54,965 nucleotides of DNA from an uncultured virus (IMG/VR IMGVR_UViG_3300042691_036107). Taxonomy: Duplodnaviria > Heunggongvirae > Uroviricota > Caudoviricetes. Positions 36,729 to 45,190 of the stretch are shown here, one piece after another; position 1 is the stretch's first letter, and the number at the start of each line of letters is the position of its first letter. Below the pieces are notes generated by a model. It saw nothing but the letters and a program-made list of their open reading frames with translations, had not been told where the DNA came from and ran no database searches. The position numbers and the translations under genes were made by a program. The stretch is taken from the IMG/VR virus record IMGVR_UViG_3300042691_036107; one strand, written 5' to 3'.

Positions 36729-37154
36729 TCAACTGTCAATGCGCTCGCTTGCCTCAAGAAGACAACCACCATCAGCAACGTACGCCTGCAACGCCTCGAA
36801 CTCGTCATTGTTGATGGTGTGGCCGGTCAGGTCCACAATGAAGTGGAACACCTCGGCTTGAGCATAAGCCAGGGAGATACACCGTTGACACGACCCAAGC
36901 CGCTCCAGAACCACGAACGGTGAGTGAACATGCACGAGCGACTCCGCAGGCGTCAGCGTATCCCCAGTCCGCAGGTGCGTCAGGGTGCCACAGACGGGAC
37001 ACACCTCGAAGTAAGCCTTGCGGTTCGAGATGAAAGACGCGAGCCCGGTCAGCTCCGAGCGGATCATCTGCTCCGAAGTCCGGACCTGCGCCAACACCCG
37101 GCGAACCACCGGAGTCAGCGGAATTCCAGCCCTTCCTGGCTTCACTTCGTTCAT
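36729..37154 (-). CDS. Hypothetical Zn-binding protein
   Basis: CPVC...CQRC. Confidence 0.6.
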   Translation of the reverse strand: MNEVKPGRAGIPLTPVVRRVLAQVRTSEQMIRSELTGLASFISNRKAYFEVCPVCGTLTHLRTGDTLTPAESLVHVHSPFVVLERLGSCQRCISLAYAQAEVFHFIVDLTGHTINNDEFEALQAYVADGGCLLEASERIDS

Positions 37155-37156
37155 GT

Positions 37157-37999
37157 TCAGCTCTTCCAGAAGTAACGCATCCCGCGTTTTTGCCCTGTGG
37201 TGTAGACGAGCCCATCAGCAATCAGCTCACGAAGGACGAGACGCAGGTTCCATGCGTTCTCCTCCAACCGAGGAGAAAGCTCAACCATGCTCGCACTCGG
37301 GTTCGCCTGAAGGTACTTCACAACTTTCTGCTTTCGCTCTACTTCGTTTCCTCTCTCAGTCTTGGGCGCCGAAGAAGCCGTGGGCGGCGTGTAAGCCGGA
37401 TCAGGCCATGCCCGATTCGACGTTACAGCCTGAATCGTGCTGCGATCAACGCCGAACTTCACGGCGAGGCGATGTTGACCCCACACGCCGGTCAGATACA
37501 AGCGCCGGATCTCGTGAACGGAGTCCCAACCCAAGATCGAGGCGCTAGACCTGTGCGTGTTCTCGGCTGGAGTCACAGCTTCAAGGTGATCTGGGTTGAC
37601 GCAAGCTCGGTTCTTGCAGAGATGGTCGATCTCCAATCCTTCAGGGATAGGCCCCGAGCGCACTTCGTAGAAGTAGCGATGCGCGAGCTGACTGAACCCA
37701 GCATCGTGCCCTGTCGCATGAACGCCGTATCCGCCTGGATTGACACGTCCGTTCCAGAGCCAGCAGCCGGTGATCACGTTCACGTTGAACCACTCATGAT
37801 CCTGCTTTGTCTTCCTGCCTTCAGCTACAGGCCCCTCCACATCAGCACACGCCTTTCCACGGGACAACCGACTAGCGTGCGATTCAGACACTCCGAAGTT
37901 TGCTGCAAGCTGCGCCACAGAAACCCCGGCTTTTCGCTTCTCTCGAAGTTCCTGAATCTGATCGGGACGCAACTTCGACCGCACGCCGCGCTTGCCCAT
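37157..37999 (-). CDS. HNH (homing) endonuclease with three HTH-like domains
   Basis: CWLWNG, GYG, AHR, DHLCKNRACVNPDHL, EN; N-terminal, central and C-terminal HTHs. Confidence 0.9.
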   Translation of the reverse strand: MGKRGVRSKLRPDQIQELREKRKAGVSVAQLAANFGVSESHASRLSRGKACADVEGPVAEGRKTKQDHEWFNVNVITGCWLWNGRVNPGGYGVHATGHDAGFSQLAHRYFYEVRSGPIPEGLEIDHLCKNRACVNPDHLEAVTPAENTHRSSASILGWDSVHEIRRLYLTGVWGQHRLAVKFGVDRSTIQAVTSNRAWPDPAYTPPTASSAPKTERGNEVERKQKVVKYLQANPSASMVELSPRLEENAWNLRLVLRELIADGLVYTTGQKRGMRYFWKS

Positions 38000-38056
38000 G
38001 TCTTCGTCTCCGCGTGATAGGCTAAACTAGCACGAGAGGACAAGAGATAGCAACGA

Positions 38057-38902
38057 CTAACCGCCCCACTTCCACGCGCCCGCAGTCGAAGCTCCCTTTC
38101 CGAACCTGCACTTATCAATATGATTACAGGCACCGTAGCGCCCGTAGCAGGTCATTTCGTTGATCGCCTTGGGCCAATCTGCGAAATGGCGCCCCTGCGC
38201 CTGCATCCGCTCGATCGACTCCTCGATGTCGACGACGATCTGCTCGAAGCCCGCTTCTAGCTTCGGGCTGCGAGGGAGCACGATCCGGTCGAATCGCTCT
38301 CCGCCGAGCTGAACGAGATTGACGATCAGGCCGGCGAACCGCTCGCCGAAGTGATGCCGCGCCATGTGCGCGTACCCGAGAAGCTGGCCTGACACGCCGT
38401 AGTATTGAGCGTGTGCGCTCGTGATTCGCCCTGTCGTCTTGTGATCCACCACGAAGATCCGACCGGCCAGGTCCTCGATCACAAGGTCCATGCGCCCGGT
38501 GAGTCGGTACTTCCCGGCGATCTGGACTTCGAGCAAGTCTTCGACCTTAATCACCGTCCAGTTACGATCTTCGTACTCGAACCGGCGCACGTACTCTTCG
38601 TAGGTCTTGACCACTTCCGGCACGTACTGCGTGTTCTTGTCGACCTTCGCCATCAACTCGACAGCTTCGACAGGCTCGACCCACCCCTCCTCGCCATCCC
38701 GCTTGCGCGCGTAGTGCTGCGCGAGCGCGAGATGCACGAGGCTTCCCTTGACCAGCGCCGGGGACTTCGAGTCCTTCGATGCGGCTGGATCTTCGTACGT
38801 CCAGGCGTACTTCTGCAGGCATTCGGCCGCCTGCTGGAGTCGGTGCCAACCCCGCGGTGACGGCCCAGTGATCATCAAGCGTGCGGTGTCAGGAGATGCC
38901 AA
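38057..38902 (-). CDS. PD-(D/E)XK exonuclease (RecB/Cas4-like)
   Basis: GSLVHLAL, GRMDLV, VVDHKT, QLLGY, C-terminal Cys cluster. Confidence 0.9.
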   Translation of the reverse strand: MASPDTARLMITGPSPRGWHRLQQAAECLQKYAWTYEDPAASKDSKSPALVKGSLVHLALAQHYARKRDGEEGWVEPVEAVELMAKVDKNTQYVPEVVKTYEEYVRRFEYEDRNWTVIKVEDLLEVQIAGKYRLTGRMDLVIEDLAGRIFVVDHKTTGRITSAHAQYYGVSGQLLGYAHMARHHFGERFAGLIVNLVQLGGERFDRIVLPRSPKLEAGFEQIVVDIEESIERMQAQGRHFADWPKAINEMTCYGRYGACNHIDKCRFGKGASTAGAWKWGG

Positions 38903-38943
38903 GTAGCGCCTCGTTCTGTCAGGTGACAGAGACTAACCCGCAA

Positions 38944-39354
38944 TCAGCGATGACGGGACTCCCTAGAACAAGACGAGCACCATTCCACGCCGTTCTGATC
39001 GACTTGCTGCTCGGCGACCGGATGCCCGCACCAGAGCACGTTCTCGTCCCGCGCAGGCTTGATCTCCCGAGGCGCCTTCGCCTGCAACCGCGCGACCAGA
39101 ACAGCCTGCTGCTCCGGCGCGAGACCGAGCGAGCTGATCTGCTTTGGCTTCGGCGGGTTGAGCTTGGCGGACAGATCATCCTCTCGCAACTCGAACGTCG
39201 ACCACCTGTAGTCGCAGTGAGCGCAGGCATACCGTTTGCGCCGATAGGGGAGATCATTGATGCCCGGCAACCGAGACGAAATGCCCGTGCTATGCCGAGA
39301 GTCGATCACGTTGCCCAGTTGACCGCATGAAGCGCAGATGTCCACCCGAAGCAT
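38944..39354 (-). CDS. NrdR-like zinc-ribbon protein
   Basis: CASC..VIDSR...RRKRYACAHCDYRWSTFE. Confidence 0.7.
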   Translation of the reverse strand: MLRVDICASCGQLGNVIDSRHSTGISSRLPGINDLPYRRKRYACAHCDYRWSTFELREDDLSAKLNPPKPKQISSLGLAPEQQAVLVARLQAKAPREIKPARDENVLWCGHPVAEQQVDQNGVEWCSSCSRESRHR

Positions 39355-39357
39355 GGA

Positions 39358-39987
39358 CTACCTCCGAGACCGGAACTGGTTCAACGTGATGCCCACGCGA
39401 GCGTGAAGCTGCTTGAGCGTACCGTCGTTGATCAGGTGGAAGTCCACCAAATCAGGATCGATGTTGTCGATCTCCGCCTCGGAAGCGTGCACGTCCATCG
39501 AGACGGGCAGGGCCGGACGCGTGATGAACACGAGCTTGCCTCCGTTCTTCTTGATCGCCTCCGCTTCGTTCGGGAACCGAACATCGGTCACCACGAAGTC
39601 GTGCACGTCCAGGAAGAACTTCTGTTCGGCGATACGCGCGAACAAGCTGTCGATCCAGCACGTCGAGCCGGCCTTGAGCTTGTGCTTCGCGAACACTGCC
39701 CGAAGCTGCGTCGCCGACACCATCGGCTCGAAGATGGCGAAACGGCCTTCACGGCCGACCTCCGTCCCGAGTTTCTGCATGATCCCGCGCGGTGTCAGGC
39801 CCCACCGCACGTCCACCTTCTCCTTCAGGTCACCGTCGAGCTGGGCCTTGTTCAACCCGAACAGCTCGATCGCGATCTCACGGATCGGGTCTGCCAACGC
39901 GATCATCCTGAACTTGTGGTGAATCTTCAAGAACAACCCAACGGTGTCCTTGCCCGCTCGCTTCTTGCCGCACACACCGATCAACAC
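39358..39987 (-). CDS. Deoxynucleoside monophosphate kinase
   Basis: GKKRAGKDT, ADPIR, TPRGIMQKLGTE, TDVRFPNE, HASE, NDGT. Confidence 0.92.
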   Translation of the reverse strand: MLIGVCGKKRAGKDTVGLFLKIHHKFRMIALADPIREIAIELFGLNKAQLDGDLKEKVDVRWGLTPRGIMQKLGTEVGREGRFAIFEPMVSATQLRAVFAKHKLKAGSTCWIDSLFARIAEQKFFLDVHDFVVTDVRFPNEAEAIKKNGGKLVFITRPALPVSMDVHASEAEIDNIDPDLVDFHLINDGTLKQLHARVGITLNQFRSRR

Positions 39988-40034
39988 GACAGCTTCCTCC
40001 CGGATGCAATCAGAGACGTAACCCTACTTCTGCG

Positions 40035-40385
40035 TCAGTCCCGCGGCGTCTCAATGTAGATCGTGAGCTTCACAAGACGAACCGATGGGTTGACCCCGTT
40101 GCTCGCTGCCTTGGCCTCACTGATCGTCGGGAAGCGCGCCGCACACTCAGCCCGGGACGTTCGCCGCCAGCCTGGAAAGGGACCCGGCCCGAAGCTGTCG
40201 GTCGCGTCCGGGTGGCTCTCCCACCACAGGTAGTCGCCGTTGCGCCAGTAGGGGTGGTCCTCGTTCGTGACCTGCATCACCCAACCCGTGTACGCGAGCT
40301 TCTTCTCGACTGGCGTGTTTCGCCACCAAGCCTCTTCGATTTCCGTGTCGAGGTTGTCCTCGTCCTCCTCATCTGCCATGATCAC
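40035..40385 (-). CDS. Hypothetical protein
   Basis: AGGAG RBS downstream of the promoter element. Confidence 0.65.
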   Translation of the reverse strand: MIMADEEDEDNLDTEIEEAWWRNTPVEKKLAYTGWVMQVTNEDHPYWRNGDYLWWESHPDATDSFGPGPFPGWRRTSRAECAARFPTISEAKAASNGVNPSVRLVKLTIYIETPRD

Positions 40386-40412
40386 TCCTGCCCATCACCT
40401 GTGACCCGCCCG

Positions 40413-40429
40413 TTGCCATTTGTCAACGC
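40413..40429 (-). promoter_or_regulatory. Second copy of the 17-bp promoter element GCGTTGACAAATGGCAA
   Basis: Exact reverse complement of 11424-11440, upstream of the replication operon. Confidence 0.6.
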
Positions 40430-40444
40430 CGAGTGGGGGAGCGC

Positions 40445-40470
40445 ACCCGGGAGGACACAGCCTCCCGGGT
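40445..40470. other. Perfect 10-bp hairpin (possible terminator/RNA structure)
   Basis: ACCCGGGAGG-acacag-CCTCCCGGGT. Confidence 0.5.
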
Positions 40471-40555
40471 ACTTGGTCCGTTAAACGCCGACCCTATCGC
40501 GGTTCCCTTGTTGCCTGACGGTAGGGCGAACCGCCACTGGACCCTCACAGAGGGC

Positions 40556-40584
40556 GCCGGCAGTTTCCAAGCCGGCAGTTTCCA
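40556..40584. repeat. Tandem 14-bp direct repeat (period 15)
   Basis: GCCGGCAGTTTCCA x2. Confidence 0.85.
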
Positions 40585-40587
40585 GAA

Positions 40588-40818
40588 TCAGTCGTAGTTC
40601 CAGTAGTCGTCGGCCTCGTTGGCCTGCGGGAACACGACATCCTCGCAGGCTTCGGGCTCGAAGCCCTTGGCCTTGAGGTTCTTCAACGTCTGAGCAACAA
40701 CCCCGCGCAAACGACGAGATGCCCTGCGATTCCAGTCTCCGATGGCACCCCAGTACCGCTTGTTCACGTCCTTCGAACGTCCGCGTGAGTCACCACGCCG
40801 ATGGTTGATGTGCGACAT
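40588..40818 (-). CDS. Small basic protein
   Basis: ATG after purine-rich RBS; acidic DDYWNYD end. Confidence 0.55.
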   Translation of the reverse strand: MSHINHRRGDSRGRSKDVNKRYWGAIGDWNRRASRRLRGVVAQTLKNLKAKGFEPEACEDVVFPQANEADDYWNYD

Positions 40819-40847
40819 CAAGCACCCCCTGTCGCGCTGTATCCAGC

Positions 40848-41051
40848 TCAGAGCCCGGTGTTCATGGCGTTCTCCAGCGCCGTGCACAGCTCCGTGCCTG
40901 AGACGGTGACCTCGACGCCTTCGATCCGAAGCCGAACCAGGCGGCTGTTCCGGCCGTGAGAACTGACCAACACGAGCGGCGGCGACACCCCGATCGGGAT
41001 GTCCTTGCCCTCGCTCTCGTACACGCGAAGCTCGTTCGTCACCTTGACCAT
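40848..41051 (-). CDS. Hypothetical protein
   Basis: GGAGG RBS. Confidence 0.6.
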   Translation of the reverse strand: MVKVTNELRVYESEGKDIPIGVSPPLVLVSSHGRNSRLVRLRIEGVEVTVSGTELCTALENAMNTGL

Positions 41052-41323
41052 GATTCCTCCTCCCTCGTCAAGAAGCGCACACCAATGAAAACGAACACGA
41101 GAAACAGAGCCATCATGATGAGCGATCCTACCGAATCCGAAGACTGAGGCCGGCGCTCACCGCCTTCCAGGTCTACACAGGTTTCAGCCGCTGTTGCCCG
41201 AGTGACCTCGTAGATATTGTGGTTCCCTGGGTACTTTGCTCCGCTCTTGACGCAGTAGACGTTGCCGTGCGCGTCGTACAGGAGTGAGGGGACTTCGCCC
41301 CAGGTCAGCAGCTTGTGGTTCAC
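41039..41323 (-). CDS. Small protein with C-terminal TM
   Basis: LIMMALFLVFVFIGV. Confidence 0.55.
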   Translation of the reverse strand: MNHKLLTWGEVPSLLYDAHGNVYCVKSGAKYPGNHNIYEVTRATAAETCVDLEGGERRPQSSDSVGSLIMMALFLVFVFIGVRFLTREEESWSR

Positions 41324-41327
41324 CCCT

Positions 41328-41597
41328 TCACCCCCTCGTCCGCAGGAGAAGCATCTCCGCAGGCGTCAAGATCAGCGACTCGGCCCATTGTTTGGCCTTG
41401 GTCGGCCAGTCAGGCCCTTCATGTTGGGCACAGTTCGCATGAACAAGAAAGAACCTATCGTTCGGCCCCATGAGCTGAAGCTCCAGCCGATCGCCGAAAC
41501 GACTCAGCCGCCAACATGTGCCGTCGTACATGACTTCGTAGACCCTCATGCGCGCCTTTTGCCGCGGCACGCGCTCCCAGTGCAACAACGGCTTCAT
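41328..41597 (-). CDS. Stand-alone 'LILTPAE' module protein
   Basis: GAGGA RBS; aligns by eye with module 2 of 45191..46525. Confidence 0.7.
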   Translation of the reverse strand: MKPLLHWERVPRQKARMRVYEVMYDGTCWRLSRFGDRLELQLMGPNDRFFLVHANCAQHEGPDWPTKAKQWAESLILTPAEMLLLRTRG

Positions 41598-41600
41598 GTC

Positions 41601-44600
41601 TCAGTCCTCGTCATCGTAGTCGCCGAAGTCGAACGGAACGCCAGCGTCGATCAGGCCCAGCACCTTCGTCGCGAACTCCTCGGGGCTCTGATTCGGGTCG
41701 ATGTTCGCGAGCACGTCCTTGAGCCCCTGCACCTCGCTGTCTTCCGCGATCTTCTCGACCGCCGGAAGCTTCTCGATCAGGATGCTCGCGATGTGCTCGT
41801 CGACCGTCCCCTCGGCGATGACGTAATAGATGATGACCGGCTTCTTCGTGCTCGCTCGATGGAAGCGGCCTTCCCACTGCCGAAGCTGGCCCGGCGTGTA
41901 CGGCAGCATCACGAACAGCGCAGCATCAGCAGTGTCGAGGTTCAGGGCCTCGCCGAAGGCGTGACCCGTCGCGACGAACACGCACGCACCTTCGTACGCC
42001 ATGTATTCATCGACGATCGCCTGCCTCTCCTCGATCGCGTACTCGCCGTGCGCGACCCAGACCTTGACGCCCTCGAACTCCTTGCGGATCAGCGCGCCCA
42101 GCTCGTCGCAGTCGCGGCGCCGAGCCGTGAACATCACGACCTTGTGGTTCGACGCGACGTGCTCGCCGACCAGACCGATCACGGCCTTGCGCTTGCGACT
42201 CGCGGCCATCGCGAGCTTCGTCTCCAAGATCGCCCCAGGCCCACGCGCCTGAGCCTTCCGAAGCTCTGCCGCGAACCCCGCCGACTCGGCGCACTGATCT
42301 TCGGGCGCCACGTAGTAGGACTGCCGGCGCTTCGGCGGCAGGTGCCGATGCGTCTCGGCCTGATCGACGATGTGCGCGATGCGCTTGAGCCGCAGGCCGA
42401 GTTCTTCGAGGTTCGACGCGCCGCGTGTGTCGTACCCACCGTACGTGCCCTTGTGCCGGTTCGCGTATCGATCCATCCACGCCGTCGCGTTCGCCCAGGC
42501 GTTCGGCTCGATCGTGTCGAGCTGGCCGTACAGGTCTCGAACCCGATCCGAGATCGCCGTCGCCGTGAGCCCAATCCGCTTGCGGACGCCGCGAGCCAGA
42601 CGAGCCGCCGCAGCAGCGATGTTCAAGACCGGAACGAGACCGACCCGGCGACCATCCTCGTCGACCTTGATGAACCCGCCCTTGGCCTTCAGCTCGCGCT
42701 CTTCCTCCTGCGCCTGCTTCATCGCCGCGAGCGGGTCTTCCGGCAGCTCCGGCAACGAAATCGCGTCGAACCGCTTGGACCCCTTGCCTCGATGACAGTT
42801 CGAGACAAGGATACCGTTCGCGAAATAGTTGTGGTTGTCCGCTACTTCGAGGTCATAAACGCAGCGATCTTCGTCAGAACCGACTCGATGTTGGTCATGA
42901 CCTCCTTGTTCGAGAAGCGCAACACCGACCACCCAGACAGCATCAGAACTCGATCCTTCATTGCGTCCCGTGCCTGAGCCCGTAGCGTGTTGTGCGAAGC
43001 CCCGTCGATCTCGATCACCAGCTTCGCTTCGGGCAACGCCAGATCGAGCCCGTACCAAGGCGCTCGACAGCCAGTCACCCTCCGAATCTCGTTCGTCGGC
43101 TGAAATACAAGTTCGGGCGTGAAGTTGGGAAGGGCCACGGTCAGACGACGATGTGCTTCCGGCAAAGGCCGGCCCTTCCCTCCGCGGATCTTCGGCTGAT
43201 GTCCAGCCGCCAGATGCTTCTGCCGAACCAACGCTCGAACCTCGGGACGCGCCATCGGGTTCCGTTCCGTCATGCGTGCCCGCACGGTCTCGCGTACCGC
43301 AGCACTGGACAGAGGATTCGACCCCTCCGAGCGAAAGCGCGCTTGCATCGTCTTCCCCCCACGAGAAGAAGCCTCCTTTCCGAAGCTCTGCCGAACACGC
43401 CAGCTCGCAGAACACGCGCGGTCGCAAAACCGCTTCTGCTTGGTCTTCCGAACCGGAACCCGAAGCTGCGCGCCGCACCACTCGCAGGTTCTCTCGATCA
43501 TCTCCGCTGTACCGCGCAGGCTTTTCCCAATCGACCGGCCCGCGCACGCGCGAGAACAGAACTTCGGATTTGGACTGCAACGCGGTTTCGGGAGAAACAG
43601 CACCCCGCACCCCGCGCACGCGCGTTCCGACTTCAAGTCTTCCGGCTTCGACATAGCCTTCCTCCGTCCAGACTTCATGCCGCTCCGTACAGATGAACGA
43701 CTGTCCGTTGGAGAACTTTACCTCGATGCGTCTGTCAGTGCACGCGATCTTGGTGATGGCCCGAACGACAGTCTTCCATTCCTCCACACCTGTAGTCAGA
43801 TTGACCGAACGAACCAGAGTACCCGGTTGAACCCGCTCGATCGCAACAGGACCATCCTGTGTCTCGACCAAAGTTCCGGGCACGAAGCACTCATCGCAAA
43901 CAAGAACCGAGAACCCGGCGCGGTACAGCTCCTCGAAGCGGTCGGAGATCAAGTCCCAGCCCACGACCACGAACGGGCGGACCTTCGCCCTCCTGCAAGC
44001 AGTCATGTACTCGTCAAGGGTCTGAGGTCGGTCAATGCCGTGAAGTGCCTGGTACTGCTTCCAGTGCCCTGCCACCTCGCTTGTCTTGAACCCCTTGCCC
44101 TTGAACCGTCCACGGAATTGATGCCAGCTCTCGCCCTTCACCCGCACAGGGTACGGCGCAGATGCCGCGCGCACCACGTAGGCCTTCACGTGAAGAAACC
44201 GCTCGATCTCCCGCGCGAACTGCACACGAGACGGCGTGCGCGTGATGACCAGGACGGCCCCAGGCATTGCGAGAGAAGTCAGGATTCCAGCAACGGTCTT
44301 GCCCGCGCCTGCCGGATGCCAGATGTGACAGCCTGTCCGGTTCCAACCGAACGTGATCGCGCTCTTCTGGTACGGGTTGAGGAAGCCGTCCAACACCCAG
44401 GACTGAACCTCGCCCTTTGCCCGAAGCTCAGCCTCGACCACTTCCCACGTCATCTCTACTGGGCGTGGCGAAGGCCAGCTCGCCCCGAGCACGTCGAAGC
44501 CATGCCGTGTCGCGATCTCGACAGCGACCTCCGCTGCGTTGTACGGGACCTGCCAAGCCGCATCCTTGAACTTGATGCCCGGGACGCGCTGCATGTCCTC

Positions 44601-44684
44601 GGCGAACTCAGGACTGGAGCCAGAGAACCGGATCATGGCGTACGAGGCCATGACGGTCCAGTTGTTGAGCCCGAGCTTGCTCAT
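41601..44684 (-). CDS. SNF2-like helicase precursor containing an intein
   Basis: LNPYQ, PAGAGKT, DE[intein]CH, LTAT, GEALNL, QWEGRFHR. Confidence 0.92.
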   Translation of the reverse strand: MSKLGLNNWTVMASYAMIRFSGSSPEFAEDMQRVPGIKFKDAAWQVPYNAAEVAVEIATRHGFDVLGASWPSPRPVEMTWEVVEAELRAKGEVQSWVLDGFLNPYQKSAITFGWNRTGCHIWHPAGAGKTVAGILTSLAMPGAVLVITRTPSRVQFAREIERFLHVKAYVVRAASAPYPVRVKGESWHQFRGRFKGKGFKTSEVAGHWKQYQALHGIDRPQTLDEYMTACRRAKVRPFVVVGWDLISDRFEELYRAGFSVLVCDECFVPGTLVETQDGPVAIERVQPGTLVRSVNLTTGVEEWKTVVRAITKIACTDRRIEVKFSNGQSFICTERHEVWTEEGYVEAGRLEVGTRVRGVRGAVSPETALQSKSEVLFSRVRGPVDWEKPARYSGDDRENLRVVRRAASGSGSEDQAEAVLRPRVFCELACSAELRKGGFFSWGEDDASALSLGGVESSVQCCGTRDRAGTHDGTEPDGASRGSSVGSAEASGGWTSAEDPRREGPAFAGSTSSSDRGPSQLHARTCISADERDSEGDWLSSALVRARSGVARSEAGDRDRRGFAQHATGSGTGRNEGSSSDAVWVVGVALLEQGGHDQHRVGSDEDRCVYDLEVADNHNYFANGILVSNCHRGKGSKRFDAISLPELPEDPLAAMKQAQEEERELKAKGGFIKVDEDGRRVGLVPVLNIAAAAARLARGVRKRIGLTATAISDRVRDLYGQLDTIEPNAWANATAWMDRYANRHKGTYGGYDTRGASNLEELGLRLKRIAHIVDQAETHRHLPPKRRQSYYVAPEDQCAESAGFAAELRKAQARGPGAILETKLAMAASRKRKAVIGLVGEHVASNHKVVMFTARRRDCDELGALIRKEFEGVKVWVAHGEYAIEERQAIVDEYMAYEGACVFVATGHAFGEALNLDTADAALFVMLPYTPGQLRQWEGRFHRASTKKPVIIYYVIAEGTVDEHIASILIEKLPAVEKIAEDSEVQGLKDVLANIDPNQSPEEFATKVLGLIDAGVPFDFGDYDDED
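42798..43889 (-). mobile_element. Intein (364 aa) inserted in the DExH motif
   Basis: Block A CFVPGTLV, block B CTERHEV, block F VYDLEVADNHNYFANG, block G ILVSN followed by +1 Cys. Confidence 0.93.
42842..43654 (-). CDS. Vsr/DUF559-like endonuclease nested in the +1 frame of the intein (270 aa)
   Basis: GGAGG 6 nt before ATG; two CxxC..FCxxxC zinc fingers, NPM helical motif, LDLA...VIEIDGASH...RD...GWSVLRF. Confidence 0.88.
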   Translation of the reverse strand: MSKPEDLKSERACAGCGVLFLPKPRCSPNPKFCSRACAGRSIGKSLRGTAEMIERTCEWCGAQLRVPVRKTKQKRFCDRACSASWRVRQSFGKEASSRGGKTMQARFRSEGSNPLSSAAVRETVRARMTERNPMARPEVRALVRQKHLAAGHQPKIRGGKGRPLPEAHRRLTVALPNFTPELVFQPTNEIRRVTGCRAPWYGLDLALPEAKLVIEIDGASHNTLRAQARDAMKDRVLMLSGWSVLRFSNKEVMTNIESVLTKIAAFMTSK

Positions 44685-44974
44685 GTACTCTTCCGCGCGG
44701 CACTACTACTGCCACCACCGAACGTGCCGCTCAGCCCCAACGAGAAGCCGAAGTCGTACCACCCGCCGGTGTTGCAAGCCTCGTACACAGACACGTCATC
44801 CGTGAACAGGCTGACGAAGAACGTGATCGGCAAGATCATGCCGTGCCACAGGCCGAGCCAGAACCCTGCCGGGTTCACGCACGTCCAGGTCTGAAGTGGC
44901 GTGATGACCGGATTCGGACCCGCCACGCAACTCGTGAGGAACAGCGCGAGGAAGAGGAAAAAGAACCTATTCAT
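44681..44974 (-). CDS. Membrane lipoprotein-like protein
   Basis: FLTSC lipobox; GFWLGLWHG...YDFGF. Confidence 0.75.
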   Translation of the reverse strand: MNRFFFLFLALFLTSCVAGPNPVITPLQTWTCVNPAGFWLGLWHGMILPITFFVSLFTDDVSVYEACNTGGWYDFGFSLGLSGTFGGGSSSAARKST

Positions 44975-44980
44975 GTTGCC

Positions 44981-45169
44981 TTACCTTCCATTCCGGAGAC
45001 GCTTGATCTCATCGAGCAACTCTCGACTACAGCGCAGGTTCGTCCTTACCCGAAGCGCGCCACCGATCTGGAACAGCAGCAGGAACAGGTTGAACCCGCA
45101 CAGCACGCCGATAAGCGTCTCGTCCACCACGAACCTCGTTGCCAGATGACAAGACAGGTAGCCGGGCAC
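44981..45169 (-). CDS. Small membrane protein
   Basis: Hydrophobic stretch; start uncertain. Confidence 0.4.
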   Translation of the reverse strand: MPGYLSCHLATRFVVDETLIGVLCGFNLFLLLFQIGGALRVRTNLRCSRELLDEIKRLRNGR

Positions 45170-45190
45170 TCACCCGCTGTCCAGGTCAAA

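Noticed and set aside
38057..38902. Cas4-like nuclease as a sign of CRISPR-Cas
   Set aside because: No array or other cas genes; its context (Sak4-like ATPase, SSB) is the usual phage recombination module.
40556..40584. Tandem repeat as a mini-CRISPR
   Set aside because: Only two 14-bp units with no spacer.
41262..44894. Long plus-strand ORFs (571, 540 aa) opposite the helicase
   Set aside because: Antisense shadows; unlike the nested nuclease they have no domain signal.
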